Shown: piece by piece, positions 51,812-61,338 of the stretch
How positions within the stretch are numbered: position 1 is the first letter of the stretch
Layout of the letters: each line of letters begins with the position of its first letter
Source: Alphaproteobacteria bacterium
Lineage (GTDB): Bacteria > Pseudomonadota > Alphaproteobacteria > SP197
Assembly (NCBI GenBank): GCA_964291265.2
Contig: OZ219747.1
Coordinates: 4,256,001-4,320,000 of the forward strand
Length of the DNA stretch: 64,000 nucleotides
Direction: 5' to 3'
The notes under the pieces: generated by a model
What the model was told of the DNA's origin: nothing
The model's database searches: none
Seen by the model: the letters and a program-made list of their open reading frames with translations, nothing else
Position numbers and translations under genes: made by a program

Positions 51812-51885
51812 TGGGGGATAGTTTAACGGTAGAACCTTCGGCTCTGACCCGAACAGTCCTGGTTCGAATCCAGGTCCCCCAGCCA
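51812..51885 (+). tRNA. tRNA-Gln(CTG)
   Basis: TGGGGGA/TCCCCCA acceptor stem, TTCGG-CTCTGAC-CCGAA anticodon arm, GGTTCGAATCC T-arm, CCA end. Confidence 0.96.
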
Positions 51886-52073
51886 CATCGAGCCATCACC
51901 CGGCCAGTCAGTGTTCGACGCCGGCCCAGATCTTCCTCTTCCAGACGTAGGGTGGAACCTTCGGTTCTGACCCGAATGGTCCTGGTTCGAATCCAGGTCC
52001 CCCAGCCACACCGAGCCATCTCTGGGCCGGTCAGTGTTCGACGCCGGCCCAGATCTTCCTCTTCCAGACGTAG
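51828..52073 (+). repeat. 123-bp tandem duplication (tRNA-Gln 3' part + petC 3' end)
   Basis: 51828-51950 vs 51951-52073, 9 mismatches; second tRNA copy (51951-52008) lacks the 5' acceptor strand. Confidence 0.95.
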
Positions 52074-52783
52074 TAGAGCCCGGTCATCACGAGAAGGAAG
52101 AGGATGACCTTCAGTCCCATTCTCTTGCGGTCCTCGAGATTGGGCTCCGCGGTCCAGGCGAGAAAGGCCGTGATGTCCCTCGCGAGTTCGTCAACCGTGA
52201 TGTCGTTGTCCTCTGCGTCGACGAGAAGACCCTCGTAGAGCGGAGGCGCCATGGCAATGCTGCCACCGGCGAAGTAGGGATTGTGGTAGAGCCCGTCGGC
52301 GTCCGGTTCGCTCCGATTGTAGTCGGGATCCGTGAGCAGGGAGGCGATGTAGTTGGCGCCGTCGACACGGGCCTTCACCATCAGTGACAGATCGGGGGGG
52401 AGGGCGCCGTTGTTGAGCGCCCGCGCCTCGGTGTCGTTGCGGTAGGGTGCGGGAATCGCGTCCGACAGCGCCGCACTGATGACGGTGGCGTCGCCCCACT
52501 CGTCGGGCGGGCCTGCGACCTCGTAGCCGGCAGCGAGCGCGCCGGCTTCGTCCTCGCTGAGGCCGATGGCCACGAGATCGCGAAAACGGATGTACTTGAG
52601 GCTGTGGCAGCTTTGACACTGAGCGGTGAAGATCTCCAGCCCCCGCCGCACCTGTTCGCGGTCATAGGTGCCGAATACTCCTTCCCAGGACCATGTGAAC
52701 TGCTGTGGCGCCTGGGCTGGCGAAGCCGCCCACGTCGGCATGGCGAAGACGAGCAGGCCGACCACGGGAATGATGCGCTTCAT
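52031..52783 (-). CDS. petC: cytochrome c1
   Basis: CQSCH heme motif, PPDLS, C-terminal TM. Confidence 0.95.
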   Translation of the reverse strand: MKRIIPVVGLLVFAMPTWAASPAQAPQQFTWSWEGVFGTYDREQVRRGLEIFTAQCQSCHSLKYIRFRDLVAIGLSEDEAGALAAGYEVAGPPDEWGDATVISAALSDAIPAPYRNDTEARALNNGALPPDLSLMVKARVDGANYIASLLTDPDYNRSEPDADGLYHNPYFAGGSIAMAPPLYEGLLVDAEDNDITVDELARDITAFLAWTAEPNLEDRKRMGLKVILFLLVMTGLYYVWKRKIWAGVEH

Positions 52784-54024
52784 CGTCTCGCTCCCCGCCC
52801 CGCGGAAGCCGGTTCATTCCCGTCGAGGACCGCCCTGGCAATGCTGGCAGGCAATGGGCGGGGCCTCTCGAACCAGCCGATCAGGGGCAGCAGGATCAGG
52901 AAATGAAGGAAGTACCATGCCGTCGCGATCTGGCCGATCAGGATCCACGCCCCTTCGGGCTGATTGGCGCCGACGACACCCAGCACGATGATGTCGATCA
53001 CCAGGATCCAGAAGAACCACCTGAACACCGGACGGAACGTCGCCGAACGGACCCTGGACGTGTCGAGCCAGGGCAGGAGGAACAGGATGCCGATCGACAG
53101 CACCATGGCAATGGCGCCGCCCAGCTTCGAGGGAATGGCGCGCAGGATCGCGTAGAACGGCAGGAAGTACCATTCCGGAACGATGTGCGCCGGCGTCTTG
53201 AGGGGATCCGCCGGAATGTAGTTGTCCGGATGTCCGAGGTAGTTCGGAGCGTAGAACAGGAAGACGGCGAAGACGATCAGGAACATCCCGGCGCCGAAGG
53301 CATCCTTGATCGTGTAGTAGGGGTGAAAGCGGATGACATCCTGTGGACCGGTGGTGTCGATGCCGAGTGGGTTGCCCGACTTGGTGTGATGCAGCGCCCA
53401 CAGGTGAAGACCCACCAGACCAACGATGACGAACGGCAGCAGGAAGTGAAGGGCGTAGAAGCGCACCAGGGTCGGGTTGTCCACCGAAAAGCCGCCCCAC
53501 ACCCAGCCGACCAGGGCTTCCCCGACGACCGGAAGGGCCGACAGCAGGTTGGTGATGACGGTCGCCGCCCAGTAGCTCATCTGCCCCCAGGGCAACACGT
53601 ACCCCATGAAGGCGGTTGCCATCATGGCCAGGAGGATCATCAGGCCGATCCACCACAGGACCTCGCGGGGAGCCTTGTAGGAGCCATAGTAGAGCCCCCT
53701 GAAAACATGGAGATAGACGACGATGAAGAAGAACGAGGCGCCGTTGGCATGGGCGTAACGCATCAGCCAGCCATACTCGACGTCGCGCATGATCCTCTCG
53801 ACGCTGTCGAAGGCCGTGTCCACGTGCGGCGTGTAGTGCATCGCCAGCACGATGCCGGTGACGATCTGGATGAGCAGTGCCATTCCGGCCAGCGAACCGA
53901 AATTCCACATGTAGTTGAGGTTGCGCGGCGCCGGATAATCGATGAGGTTGTGGTTGGTCCAGCTCAGGATCGGCAACCGGCGATCGAACCAGCGCACGAA
54001 TCCGTTGCTCATGAAGTCGGCCAT
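52780..54024 (-). CDS. petB: cytochrome b
   Basis: WNFGSL, HANGAS, PWGQMS, PEWY. Confidence 0.97.
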   Translation of the reverse strand: MADFMSNGFVRWFDRRLPILSWTNHNLIDYPAPRNLNYMWNFGSLAGMALLIQIVTGIVLAMHYTPHVDTAFDSVERIMRDVEYGWLMRYAHANGASFFFIVVYLHVFRGLYYGSYKAPREVLWWIGLMILLAMMATAFMGYVLPWGQMSYWAATVITNLLSALPVVGEALVGWVWGGFSVDNPTLVRFYALHFLLPFVIVGLVGLHLWALHHTKSGNPLGIDTTGPQDVIRFHPYYTIKDAFGAGMFLIVFAVFLFYAPNYLGHPDNYIPADPLKTPAHIVPEWYFLPFYAILRAIPSKLGGAIAMVLSIGILFLLPWLDTSRVRSATFRPVFRWFFWILVIDIIVLGVVGANQPEGAWILIGQIATAWYFLHFLILLPLIGWFERPRPLPASIARAVLDGNEPASAGRGARR

Positions 54025-54039
54025 GGTTCCTCGCCCCGG

Positions 54040-54564
54040 TCAGCCGATGACAACAGTCGTGTCATCGGTGAAGACGTAGTCCGGAATTCCGAGATTCTCC
54101 GGCGCCGGTCCCTTCCTGATGCGACCGGACGTGTCGTAGTGCGAGCCGTGACAGGGGCAGAACCAGCCGTGGTACTCGCCCTGGTTGCCCAGGGGAACGC
54201 AGCCGAGGTGAGTGCACACTCCCACCATGATCAACCACTCGGGGCGAAGGGCCCGTTCGCTGTCGGGCTGCGGATCCTTGAGATCGTCCATGGCAACGTC
54301 GCGTGCGGCGGCGATCTCGTCGGCCGTGCGATGACGGATGAACACCGGCTTGCCGCGCCAGTTCACCGTGATCTGCTGGCCCTCTGCCACAGGTGACAGG
54401 TCAACCTCGATGGTGGCAAGCGCCAGGACATCCGCAGCCGGGTTCCACTGCGCGATCAGCGGCCATGCGATGAAACCGGCGCCGACAGCCGTCACGCCGA
54501 TGGTCGCCACACTGAGAAAGTCGCGCCGCTCTACCCCTTGCGCGTCGAAAGTGTGCTCAGCCAT
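54040..54564 (-). CDS. petA: Rieske iron-sulfur subunit
   Basis: RRDFL Tat motif, CTHLGC, CPCHGS. Confidence 0.97.
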   Translation of the reverse strand: MAEHTFDAQGVERRDFLSVATIGVTAVGAGFIAWPLIAQWNPAADVLALATIEVDLSPVAEGQQITVNWRGKPVFIRHRTADEIAAARDVAMDDLKDPQPDSERALRPEWLIMVGVCTHLGCVPLGNQGEYHGWFCPCHGSHYDTSGRIRKGPAPENLGIPDYVFTDDTTVVIG

Positions 54565-54725
54565 CACCAAGAAATCCCTTGCGTCCTGTTCCTGGCGCCT
54601 CATCCGGGCGGGCCATGAATATACCGCCCGCCACGGTCACGCAAGGCAGTGGATGTGGAAGGGGCTTGCGGGCTCCGACGGTCTGCGACAAGAGTGCCGG
54701 GGACAGCCGCCCGGAATGACCACCC

Positions 54726-55595
54726 ATGACAACAGACCGGCCGGACCTCGCCGGGTCGCAGCAGGGACGCGACGCTGCATGCCGCTGGTTCCGCAGCCTG
54801 CGCGACCGCATCGTTGCCGCCTTCGAGTCCGTCGAGGATGCATACGAAGGGCCGGAACACGATCATCCCCCGGGGCGATTTGAACTCCGGGAGTGGACGA
54901 GGGACGGCGGTGGCGGCGGCGTCATGGCGATCACGCGCGGCAGGGTCTTCGAGAAGGTGGGGGTCAACGTCTCCACCGTGTGGGGCGACTTCGACCGAAA
55001 GTTTGCCGGGGAGATTCCGGGCACCGCACCGGACAACGCCGGATTCTGGGCATCCGGCATTTCACTCGTCGCTCACATGCGCTCACCGCACGTGCCGGGC
55101 GTTCACATGAACACGCGCCACATCACCACCGCAGGCAAGGCCTGGTTCGGCGGTGGCACCGATCTCAACCCACCCCTTCCACGCGACGAGGATACAGAGG
55201 ACTTTCACGCAGAACTCGCCGCGTGCTGCGGCCGGCACCCTTGTGCCGACTACGCCGCCTTCAGCCGCTGGGCCGATGACTACTTCACCATTCCCCACCG
55301 CGGCGTCAAACGCGGCGCCGGCGGCATCTTCTTTGACAACCTCCACGCCGACGAGGCGTCATTCGCCTTCACCCGCGATGTCGGTGAGGCATTCCTTGCC
55401 ATCTATCCACGCCTGATTCGTCGGCGCATGCACGAGACCTGGACGGAAGAGGAGCGCTCACGCCAGCTGCAGTGGCGCGGACGCTATGCGGAGTTCAATC
55501 TCGTCTACGACCGAGGCACCCGTTTCGGACTGATGACCGGAGCGAATCCCGAGGCCGTGCTGATGTCCCTGCCCCCTGTGGCGACCTGGCCTTGA
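54726..55595 (+). CDS. hemF: oxygen-dependent coproporphyrinogen III oxidase
   Basis: FEKVGVN, HMNTR, WFGGGTDL, RGRYAEFNLVYDRGTRFGL. Confidence 0.95.
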   Translation: MTTDRPDLAGSQQGRDAACRWFRSLRDRIVAAFESVEDAYEGPEHDHPPGRFELREWTRDGGGGGVMAITRGRVFEKVGVNVSTVWGDFDRKFAGEIPGTAPDNAGFWASGISLVAHMRSPHVPGVHMNTRHITTAGKAWFGGGTDLNPPLPRDEDTEDFHAELAACCGRHPCADYAAFSRWADDYFTIPHRGVKRGAGGIFFDNLHADEASFAFTRDVGEAFLAIYPRLIRRRMHETWTEEERSRQLQWRGRYAEFNLVYDRGTRFGLMTGANPEAVLMSLPPVATWP

Positions 55596-55625
55596 CAAAC
55601 CGTCAACCGCTGCGAGCGAAAGTCC

Positions 55626-56216
55626 TCATCCTTCCTCGACGAGCCTGGTGAGCTTCGCCACGGCCTCGTCGAACGACGCCGTCATGGTGATGGCATCGAA
55701 GAACCTGCCATCGCCGTCCATGAGGTAGACGGCCGCCGTGTGATCCATGGTGTAGCTGTCGTCGTCGAGGTCGATGCGGGCATAGTAGAGCCGGTAGGAA
55801 TTCGCCATCTGGCGGAGTTCATCGGGGGTGCCGACGAGACCGGTGATGCGGTCGGAAAAATAGGCGACATAGTCCGCCATGCGCTCAAGGGTGTCGCGTT
55901 CCGGGTCGACGGTGACGAAGTAGGCGTCGATCAGGTCGCCATGGTCTTCCATGGCCTCAAGCCATGCCGCCACCTGGAGGAGGGTGGTCGGGCATATGTC
56001 CGGACAGTAGGTGAAACCGAAGAATACAAGGGATCTGCGACCGACGAGATCGTCATGGGTCATCCGGGTACCGTCATGCGCCAGCATGGAGAACGGCCCG
56101 CCGATCACGACCTCAACGTCCTCCGCCTGGCGCCGGTGGAGTTCCATGGCGCCGATCACCGTCGCCACGACCAGAAGACCGGCCAGAAGCCCCTGGACCA
56201 GATGACGTTTCTTCAT
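55626..56216 (-). CDS. SCO family copper chaperone
   Basis: FGFTYCPDICP, VDPERD, YTMDH. Confidence 0.92.
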   Translation of the reverse strand: MKKRHLVQGLLAGLLVVATVIGAMELHRRQAEDVEVVIGGPFSMLAHDGTRMTHDDLVGRRSLVFFGFTYCPDICPTTLLQVAAWLEAMEDHGDLIDAYFVTVDPERDTLERMADYVAYFSDRITGLVGTPDELRQMANSYRLYYARIDLDDDSYTMDHTAAVYLMDGDGRFFDAITMTASFDEAVAKLTRLVEEG

Positions 56217-56671
56217 TCTTCCGCGCCTGCCGCAGACCGTGCCATCACCGGGAAGACGACATCCACGGCTCCCGCCTTCTCGAAAACCAGGGTCACGGGA
56301 ATCCGGTCGCCGGCCCGCGGGCGTTCCTCGAGTCCCATGATCATGATGTGAAAGCCGCCTGGCTCGAGCGCAAGGGGGGTATCGGGACGAATGTCGATAC
56401 CGTCGTCGAGCCGGCGCATGGCGACGACACCGTCATCGCCTGCCGTGGTGGCGTGAAGTTCACACATCACCGCTCCGCCGACGTCCACGGAAACCAGGCG
56501 ATCGGAGGTGACACAATGGCAGGTGATGACGCCGTAGGCCGCGGCAACAGGGACGCCGGGAGGTGGTTCCGCGATCCAGTGCTGCTCGATGCCGATGACG
56601 TGCGGGTCCGTTGCCAGAGCCGATGCCGCAAACAGGGCGGACGCCAGTACAAGCCGTCCGGCAGCCGTCAC
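56213..56671 (-). CDS. PCu(A)C copper chaperone
   Basis: AAAY, DRLV, ELH..M..LEPGGFHIM; GTG start overlaps the cca stop. Confidence 0.85.
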   Translation of the reverse strand: MTAAGRLVLASALFAASALATDPHVIGIEQHWIAEPPPGVPVAAAYGVITCHCVTSDRLVSVDVGGAVMCELHATTAGDDGVVAMRRLDDGIDIRPDTPLALEPGGFHIMIMGLEERPRAGDRIPVTLVFEKAGAVDVVFPVMARSAAGAEE

Positions 56672-57975
56672 GCCGTCCCTCCGGTCATCGCAGCGAGCCT
56701 TTCGAGGCAGGACGCGCGGTCTGGTCTGAAATCCTCCCGGCGCCACCATGCCTCGACATCCTTGAGGATGGCCTTGACCTCGGGGCCGGGGCGAATCCCG
56801 GCTGCGAGCACGTCCCGGCCGCGCAAGGGAAAGCGCGGATTCTCCCAGCGTGCCACCGTATCGAGCATCGCTCTCCAGCATGATGCCCTCCAGGTGCGGT
56901 CCGCCGCCCAGGCAAGGAGAACGAGATCGCGGAACGTGTCCGTCCCGAGATCATGGAGTGCCTGGCGCTGATTCGGGACCGGCCAGTCAGGATCCAGCGC
57001 CAGGACCGGGGGCGCCAGCCGGGCAAGACGCCGGCGAACGGCCCTCGAACAACGCAGTCTGTCGGCGACAGCGTCGCCCGCTGTCGGAGCCAGGGCGGCG
57101 AGCCGACGCACGGGGTCGCGGTCATCGATGCCGGTCAGGGCGCCAAGGATGGCGAGATCGCCCGCCTCCGGCAGCACGTGCTCCAGGACACCGCTCGAGA
57201 CCATGAGATCGAGCGCCGGCAAGGGATGCGGCGCACCCAGAAGCCCGAAGAGTTCCGACTGGACGCGTTCGGCTGCCAGGCACCCGAGGGATGCTCTGGC
57301 CGACGCACAGGCCGCCATGGCCTGTCGGTCCGGTGTCCCGTGGCCGTAGCAGGCCAGAAAACGAAAGTAACGCAGTACCCTCAAGCGGTCCTCGGCAATG
57401 CGTCCTGCCGCATCGCCGACGAAGCGGACACGGCCGCCGGCGAGGTCGCATCGCCCGCCGAAGTAGTCGAAGAGGTCGCCCGACGGTCTGAGACTCATCG
57501 CGTTGATGGTGAAGTCGCGGCGCGCCGCATCGGCCTGCCAGTCGCTGGTGAAGGCCACTTCGGCGTGGCGTCCGTCGGTCGTCACGTCGACCCTCAGCGT
57601 GGTGACCTCGATTCCCCGGCCCCGGACCACCGCTGTCACCGTGCCGTGGGAAAGACCGGTCGGCACCACCTTGATTCCGCGGTCTTCCAGCAGGTCTGTC
57701 ACGACTGCGGGAGGATCCGGCGTGGCGACATCGACATCGGCGATGTCGCGGTCCGCCAGCAGATCTCGTACGCAGCCGCCGACGAAGCGCACATCCTCGC
57801 CCCGGGAGGCCAACGCCTCCACCACGCTGACGACACCGGGCCTTGCCAGGAGCGGCGCGGCATCGATGGTGGCTACGGCATGGTCAGTACCGGACCTGGT
57901 GCGCGAACCGCATGCGACGTGACCATGATCGCCTGATCCGGCGGCCCCGCAGCGCTCCGGGTCAGTCGGCGACAT
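56668..57975 (-). CDS. CCA tRNA nucleotidyltransferase
   Basis: FVGGCVRD..DVDVAT, EVTTLR, RRDFTINA, EDRLRVLR; start uncertain. Confidence 0.9.
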   Translation of the reverse strand: MSPTDPERCGAAGSGDHGHVACGSRTRSGTDHAVATIDAAPLLARPGVVSVVEALASRGEDVRFVGGCVRDLLADRDIADVDVATPDPPAVVTDLLEDRGIKVVPTGLSHGTVTAVVRGRGIEVTTLRVDVTTDGRHAEVAFTSDWQADAARRDFTINAMSLRPSGDLFDYFGGRCDLAGGRVRFVGDAAGRIAEDRLRVLRYFRFLACYGHGTPDRQAMAACASARASLGCLAAERVQSELFGLLGAPHPLPALDLMVSSGVLEHVLPEAGDLAILGALTGIDDRDPVRRLAALAPTAGDAVADRLRCSRAVRRRLARLAPPVLALDPDWPVPNQRQALHDLGTDTFRDLVLLAWAADRTWRASCWRAMLDTVARWENPRFPLRGRDVLAAGIRPGPEVKAILKDVEAWWRREDFRPDRASCLERLAAMTGGTA

Positions 57976-58237
57976 AACCCGGAACCACCACGCCGTCCTC
58001 GAGGCGTGCCGGTACGTAGATCCCCGACGGGTCGGGCCCGACAAACCCGAAGACCGCCAGCGTGATGATCATGAGGCCCAGCGTTCCAAGAACGATGAGC
58101 CCCCAGGGCGCCTCGCGCCAGCCAGGCAACGTGCCTTCCTTGAGGCGCCGCGCCTTCTCGCGTGCCAGGCGGTACCACACGATGTAGGAAATGAGAGGGG
58201 CCGCTATCAGGATTACCGGCAACAGGTAGCGCATCAT
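57962..58237 (-). CDS. small membrane protein (DUF6111-like)
   Basis: Two TMs and YVPARLEDG..VPG tail, between Nudix and cca genes. Confidence 0.65.
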   Translation of the reverse strand: MMRYLLPVILIAAPLISYIVWYRLAREKARRLKEGTLPGWREAPWGLIVLGTLGLMIITLAVFGFVGPDPSGIYVPARLEDGVVVPGYVAD

Positions 58238-58821
58238 CTCTCACCCCTCAGCACCTCGACGAGATTGACCACGATCGTTGCCGTCGCACCCCAGATGGTT
58301 CGCGAACCGTACTCGAACAGACTGTACCAACGCCTCTCGCCGCGCCAGACCATGCTCGCCCGCCGATGGTTCCCGGGGTCGAGCAGAAATCCCAGCGGCA
58401 CCTCGAAGGCTTCAACGATCTCGACACCGTCGGGATGCAGTGCGGCGGGAGGCGTCACGAGTCCGACAAGGGGTGCGATGGAATAGCCCGAACCGGCACG
58501 TTGCGTGTCGAGTCGGCAGAGCACCTTCACCCTGGCGGAATCGAGCCCGATTTCCTCCCTGGCCTCGCGCAGGGCCGCAGTGGCTTCGTCCTCGCCGGCC
58601 TCGATTCGACCGCCGGGGAAGCTGACTTCACCCGCATGATGGACAAGCGTCGACGAGCGCTGGCCGAAGATCACGGTCATTGAATCCTCCCGGCGGTCAA
58701 CCAGAGGAATGAGCACGGCAGCCGCCCGTCGCACCGGACCTTCGGTCCAGGTCGGTTGCGGTGGCTCGATCTTCGCCTGCGGCATCCTGCGCAAGGCAGT
58801 GAGCACCTCAACCGGGGTCAT
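58234..58821 (-). CDS. Nudix CoA pyrophosphatase
   Basis: AAVLIPL, HAGEVSFPGG, ALREAREEIG, IWGATA. Confidence 0.9.
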   Translation of the reverse strand: MTPVEVLTALRRMPQAKIEPPQPTWTEGPVRRAAAVLIPLVDRREDSMTVIFGQRSSTLVHHAGEVSFPGGRIEAGEDEATAALREAREEIGLDSARVKVLCRLDTQRAGSGYSIAPLVGLVTPPAALHPDGVEIVEAFEVPLGFLLDPGNHRRASMVWRGERRWYSLFEYGSRTIWGATATIVVNLVEVLRGER

Positions 58822-59386
58822 CGGACGTCTTGCCCAGGACAAAGAAGCAACCGCATGAATCAATTCCCAGAACCTCACGACCATCCTGCCATGCTATCCG
58901 GCCCCTGTTCACCAGATCATAGTAGACCGGGCGGGCAATGAGGGCCTCGAGCCTGTCGCGAACGAGCACATAGGGTGACGGCGCCCTCGTTCCGGGATTC
59001 ATCACGATCCGCACCGGGTGATCGGCATCAACCGTCACGTGATCGTCGACATTGGTGCGAAAATGCACCTTGCACCCTGGGCCTTCGCCCTCGATGGTCG
59101 ACTCGACAGCCACGAATGGTGCATCATCCACGCGTATGCGGCGCTTCTCCAGAGAAGTCCTGAGGTAGTATTCGCCATCGCCTTCACATCGCAGGATACC
59201 GGCAAACAGCTTCACCAGCGCCATTCTGCGAATGGGCCGGCCTTCATGGTACCAGGTGCCGTCGCGCGCAATCCTGATGTCGATGTCTCCGGTCAGCAGC
59301 GCCCGGTCGCGGTCCGCGGGGACAGCGGTGGCAGCATCATCGTGGATCCGTCCTGGAGGCATGCCGGTGGGTCCTCGGGATTGCAC
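58808..59386 (-). CDS. DUF1285 family protein
   Basis: GDIDIRIARDGTWYHEG.PI.R..LV.LF, VDDAPF, PYV.VR. Confidence 0.8.
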   Translation of the reverse strand: MQSRGPTGMPPGRIHDDAATAVPADRDRALLTGDIDIRIARDGTWYHEGRPIRRMALVKLFAGILRCEGDGEYYLRTSLEKRRIRVDDAPFVAVESTIEGEGPGCKVHFRTNVDDHVTVDADHPVRIVMNPGTRAPSPYVLVRDRLEALIARPVYYDLVNRGRIAWQDGREVLGIDSCGCFFVLGKTSDDPG

Positions 59387-59443
59387 CCTGATTCAATGTT
59401 GTCATTCTAGACCACCACACCGTTCCCGGGGAGAGACAGCGCC

Positions 59444-60439
59444 GTGAACCATGAACCCTGCACCAGGGAGGCAAGGGAACTTGCCAACGAAATCGAACGC
59501 ACGGGGATCCGGCTGGCCGAGGTGCGCGCCGCAATCGGCCGTGTCATCTTTGGTCAGAACACGGTCATCGACCAGTTTCTCATCACCTTGCTCGCCGGCG
59601 GACACGCGCTGCTGATCGGCGTCCCCGGCCTCGGCAAGACCAGGTTGGTCGAGACCATCGGCACGGTGACGGGCCTCGATACCAAGCGTGTCCAGTGCAC
59701 TCCGGACCTCATGCCCGCCGACATCCTCGGCTCCGAGGTCCTGGAGGAGTCCGAAAATGGTCTGCGCGAGTTCAGGTTCATTCCGGGGCCCGTGTTCTGC
59801 AGCTTCCTGATGGCCGACGAAATCAACCGGGCCAGTCCGCGCACCCAGTCGGCACTCCTCCAGGCCATGCAGGAACACACCGTGACCGTCGCCGGTACCC
59901 GGCGCGACCTGCCGCAGCCCTTCCACGTGTTCGCCACCCAGAACCCCCTGGAGCTTGAGGGCACCTATCCGCTTCCCGAGGCCCAGCTCGACCGTTTCCT
60001 CATGGAGATCGACATCGACTACCCTGGTCGTGACGCCGAACGCAAGATGCTGGTCGTGACCACCGGCCCCGACGAGGAGGACCCGGTGGGGGTACTGAAC
60101 AGCAGCGAACTGATGGCGGCGCAGAGACTGGTGCGTCGCATTCCGGTGGGCGAGAGCGTCGTCGAGGCGATCCTCGATCTCGTCCGCTCCGGCCGCCCGG
60201 ATGCAGCCGACCGAAGTTCCGGGATTCTCTGGGGGCCGGGGCCCAGGGCCAGCCAGTCCCTGATGTTGGCGGCGAGAGCCCGCGCCCTGCTCGACCAGCG
60301 CCTCGCGCCCTCGGTTGACGATGTCCTGGACCTGGCCGGTCCGGTGTTGCGCCATCGCATGCAGCTTACGTTTGCGGCCCGCGCCGACGGGGTGACGCTC
60401 GATGAGGTCATCGACCGCCTCAAGGCGCCGCTCGGCTGA
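59444..60439 (+). CDS. MoxR family AAA+ ATPase
   Basis: GVPGLGKT, TPDLMPADI, DEINRA, EGTYPLPEAQLDRF. Confidence 0.93.
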   Translation: MNHEPCTREARELANEIERTGIRLAEVRAAIGRVIFGQNTVIDQFLITLLAGGHALLIGVPGLGKTRLVETIGTVTGLDTKRVQCTPDLMPADILGSEVLEESENGLREFRFIPGPVFCSFLMADEINRASPRTQSALLQAMQEHTVTVAGTRRDLPQPFHVFATQNPLELEGTYPLPEAQLDRFLMEIDIDYPGRDAERKMLVVTTGPDEEDPVGVLNSSELMAAQRLVRRIPVGESVVEAILDLVRSGRPDAADRSSGILWGPGPRASQSLMLAARARALLDQRLAPSVDDVLDLAGPVLRHRMQLTFAARADGVTLDEVIDRLKAPLG

Positions 60440-60451
60440 GCACGATCGGCC

Positions 60452-61336
60452 ATGAGTGTCGAAACGGTCAGCGGATTTCGCCGGCGTGCCGAACAGCTTG
60501 TCGCGCACCTGCCACCCCTCTTGGTCGAGGCGCGGCAGGTCGCTGCCGTCGTTGCCCAGGGTGCTCACGGCCGGCGACGCGTCGGCCCCGGCGAGACGTT
60601 CTGGCAGTTTCGCCGATATGCCCAAGGAGATGCCGCCACCATGATCGACTGGCGGGCGTCGGCGAAATCACCACGGCTCTATGTCAGGGAGACCGAGTGG
60701 GAGGCGGCCGAAAGCGTATGGCTGTGGTCTGACACGTCTCCATCGATGCGCTTTGCGTCCTCCCCGGAACTTGCCAGCAAGCACGAACGGGCACGGCTCA
60801 TCGTCATGGCCCTTGCGGTTCTCCTGGTCCGCGGCGGCGAGAGTGTCGCACTTCTGGGCGCCGACAGACGGCCGGGCACGGGCAGCGCCGCACTGACCAG
60901 CATGGCAACCCGTCTTCACCGGGGCGAGGGCGACGATGCTCCCAGCCTGCCACCGGCGGCAAACCTGCCATCCCATGCACGGCTGGTGCTCGTCAGCGAC
61001 TTTCTTGAACCGGTGGAACCGATCGCAGCCAGGATCCGCCACTTCGCCGGCCAGAGCGTTGTCGGACACCTCGTGCGAATCGTGGATCCAGCCGAGGAGA
61101 GCTTCCCCTATGCCGGTCGGGTTCGGTTCGACGGCACCGAAAGGGAGGGAACGATTCTCGCCCACCGCAGCGAGGCACTGCGCAAGGACTACCGGGAGCG
61201 CCTCGTAACTCACGCCGAGTCCATCGCCCTGGCGGCACGCAACGCCGGCTGGAGCACCACGGTTCACCGGACCGACGGCTCCCCCCATGCGGCCCTGCTG
61301 CCGCTCTACATCGATCTGGGCGGCCACGCGACCTGA
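60452..61336 (+). CDS. DUF58 domain protein
   Basis: GETFWQFRRY..GD..IDWRASAK, DTSPSM, SDFL. Confidence 0.9.
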   Translation: MSVETVSGFRRRAEQLVAHLPPLLVEARQVAAVVAQGAHGRRRVGPGETFWQFRRYAQGDAATMIDWRASAKSPRLYVRETEWEAAESVWLWSDTSPSMRFASSPELASKHERARLIVMALAVLLVRGGESVALLGADRRPGTGSAALTSMATRLHRGEGDDAPSLPPAANLPSHARLVLVSDFLEPVEPIAARIRHFAGQSVVGHLVRIVDPAEESFPYAGRVRFDGTEREGTILAHRSEALRKDYRERLVTHAESIALAARNAGWSTTVHRTDGSPHAALLPLYIDLGGHAT

Positions 61337-61338
61337 CC

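Noticed and set aside
51951-52008. Second functional tRNA-Gln gene
   Set aside because: Lacks the 5' acceptor strand and most of the D arm; reported as a repeat fragment.
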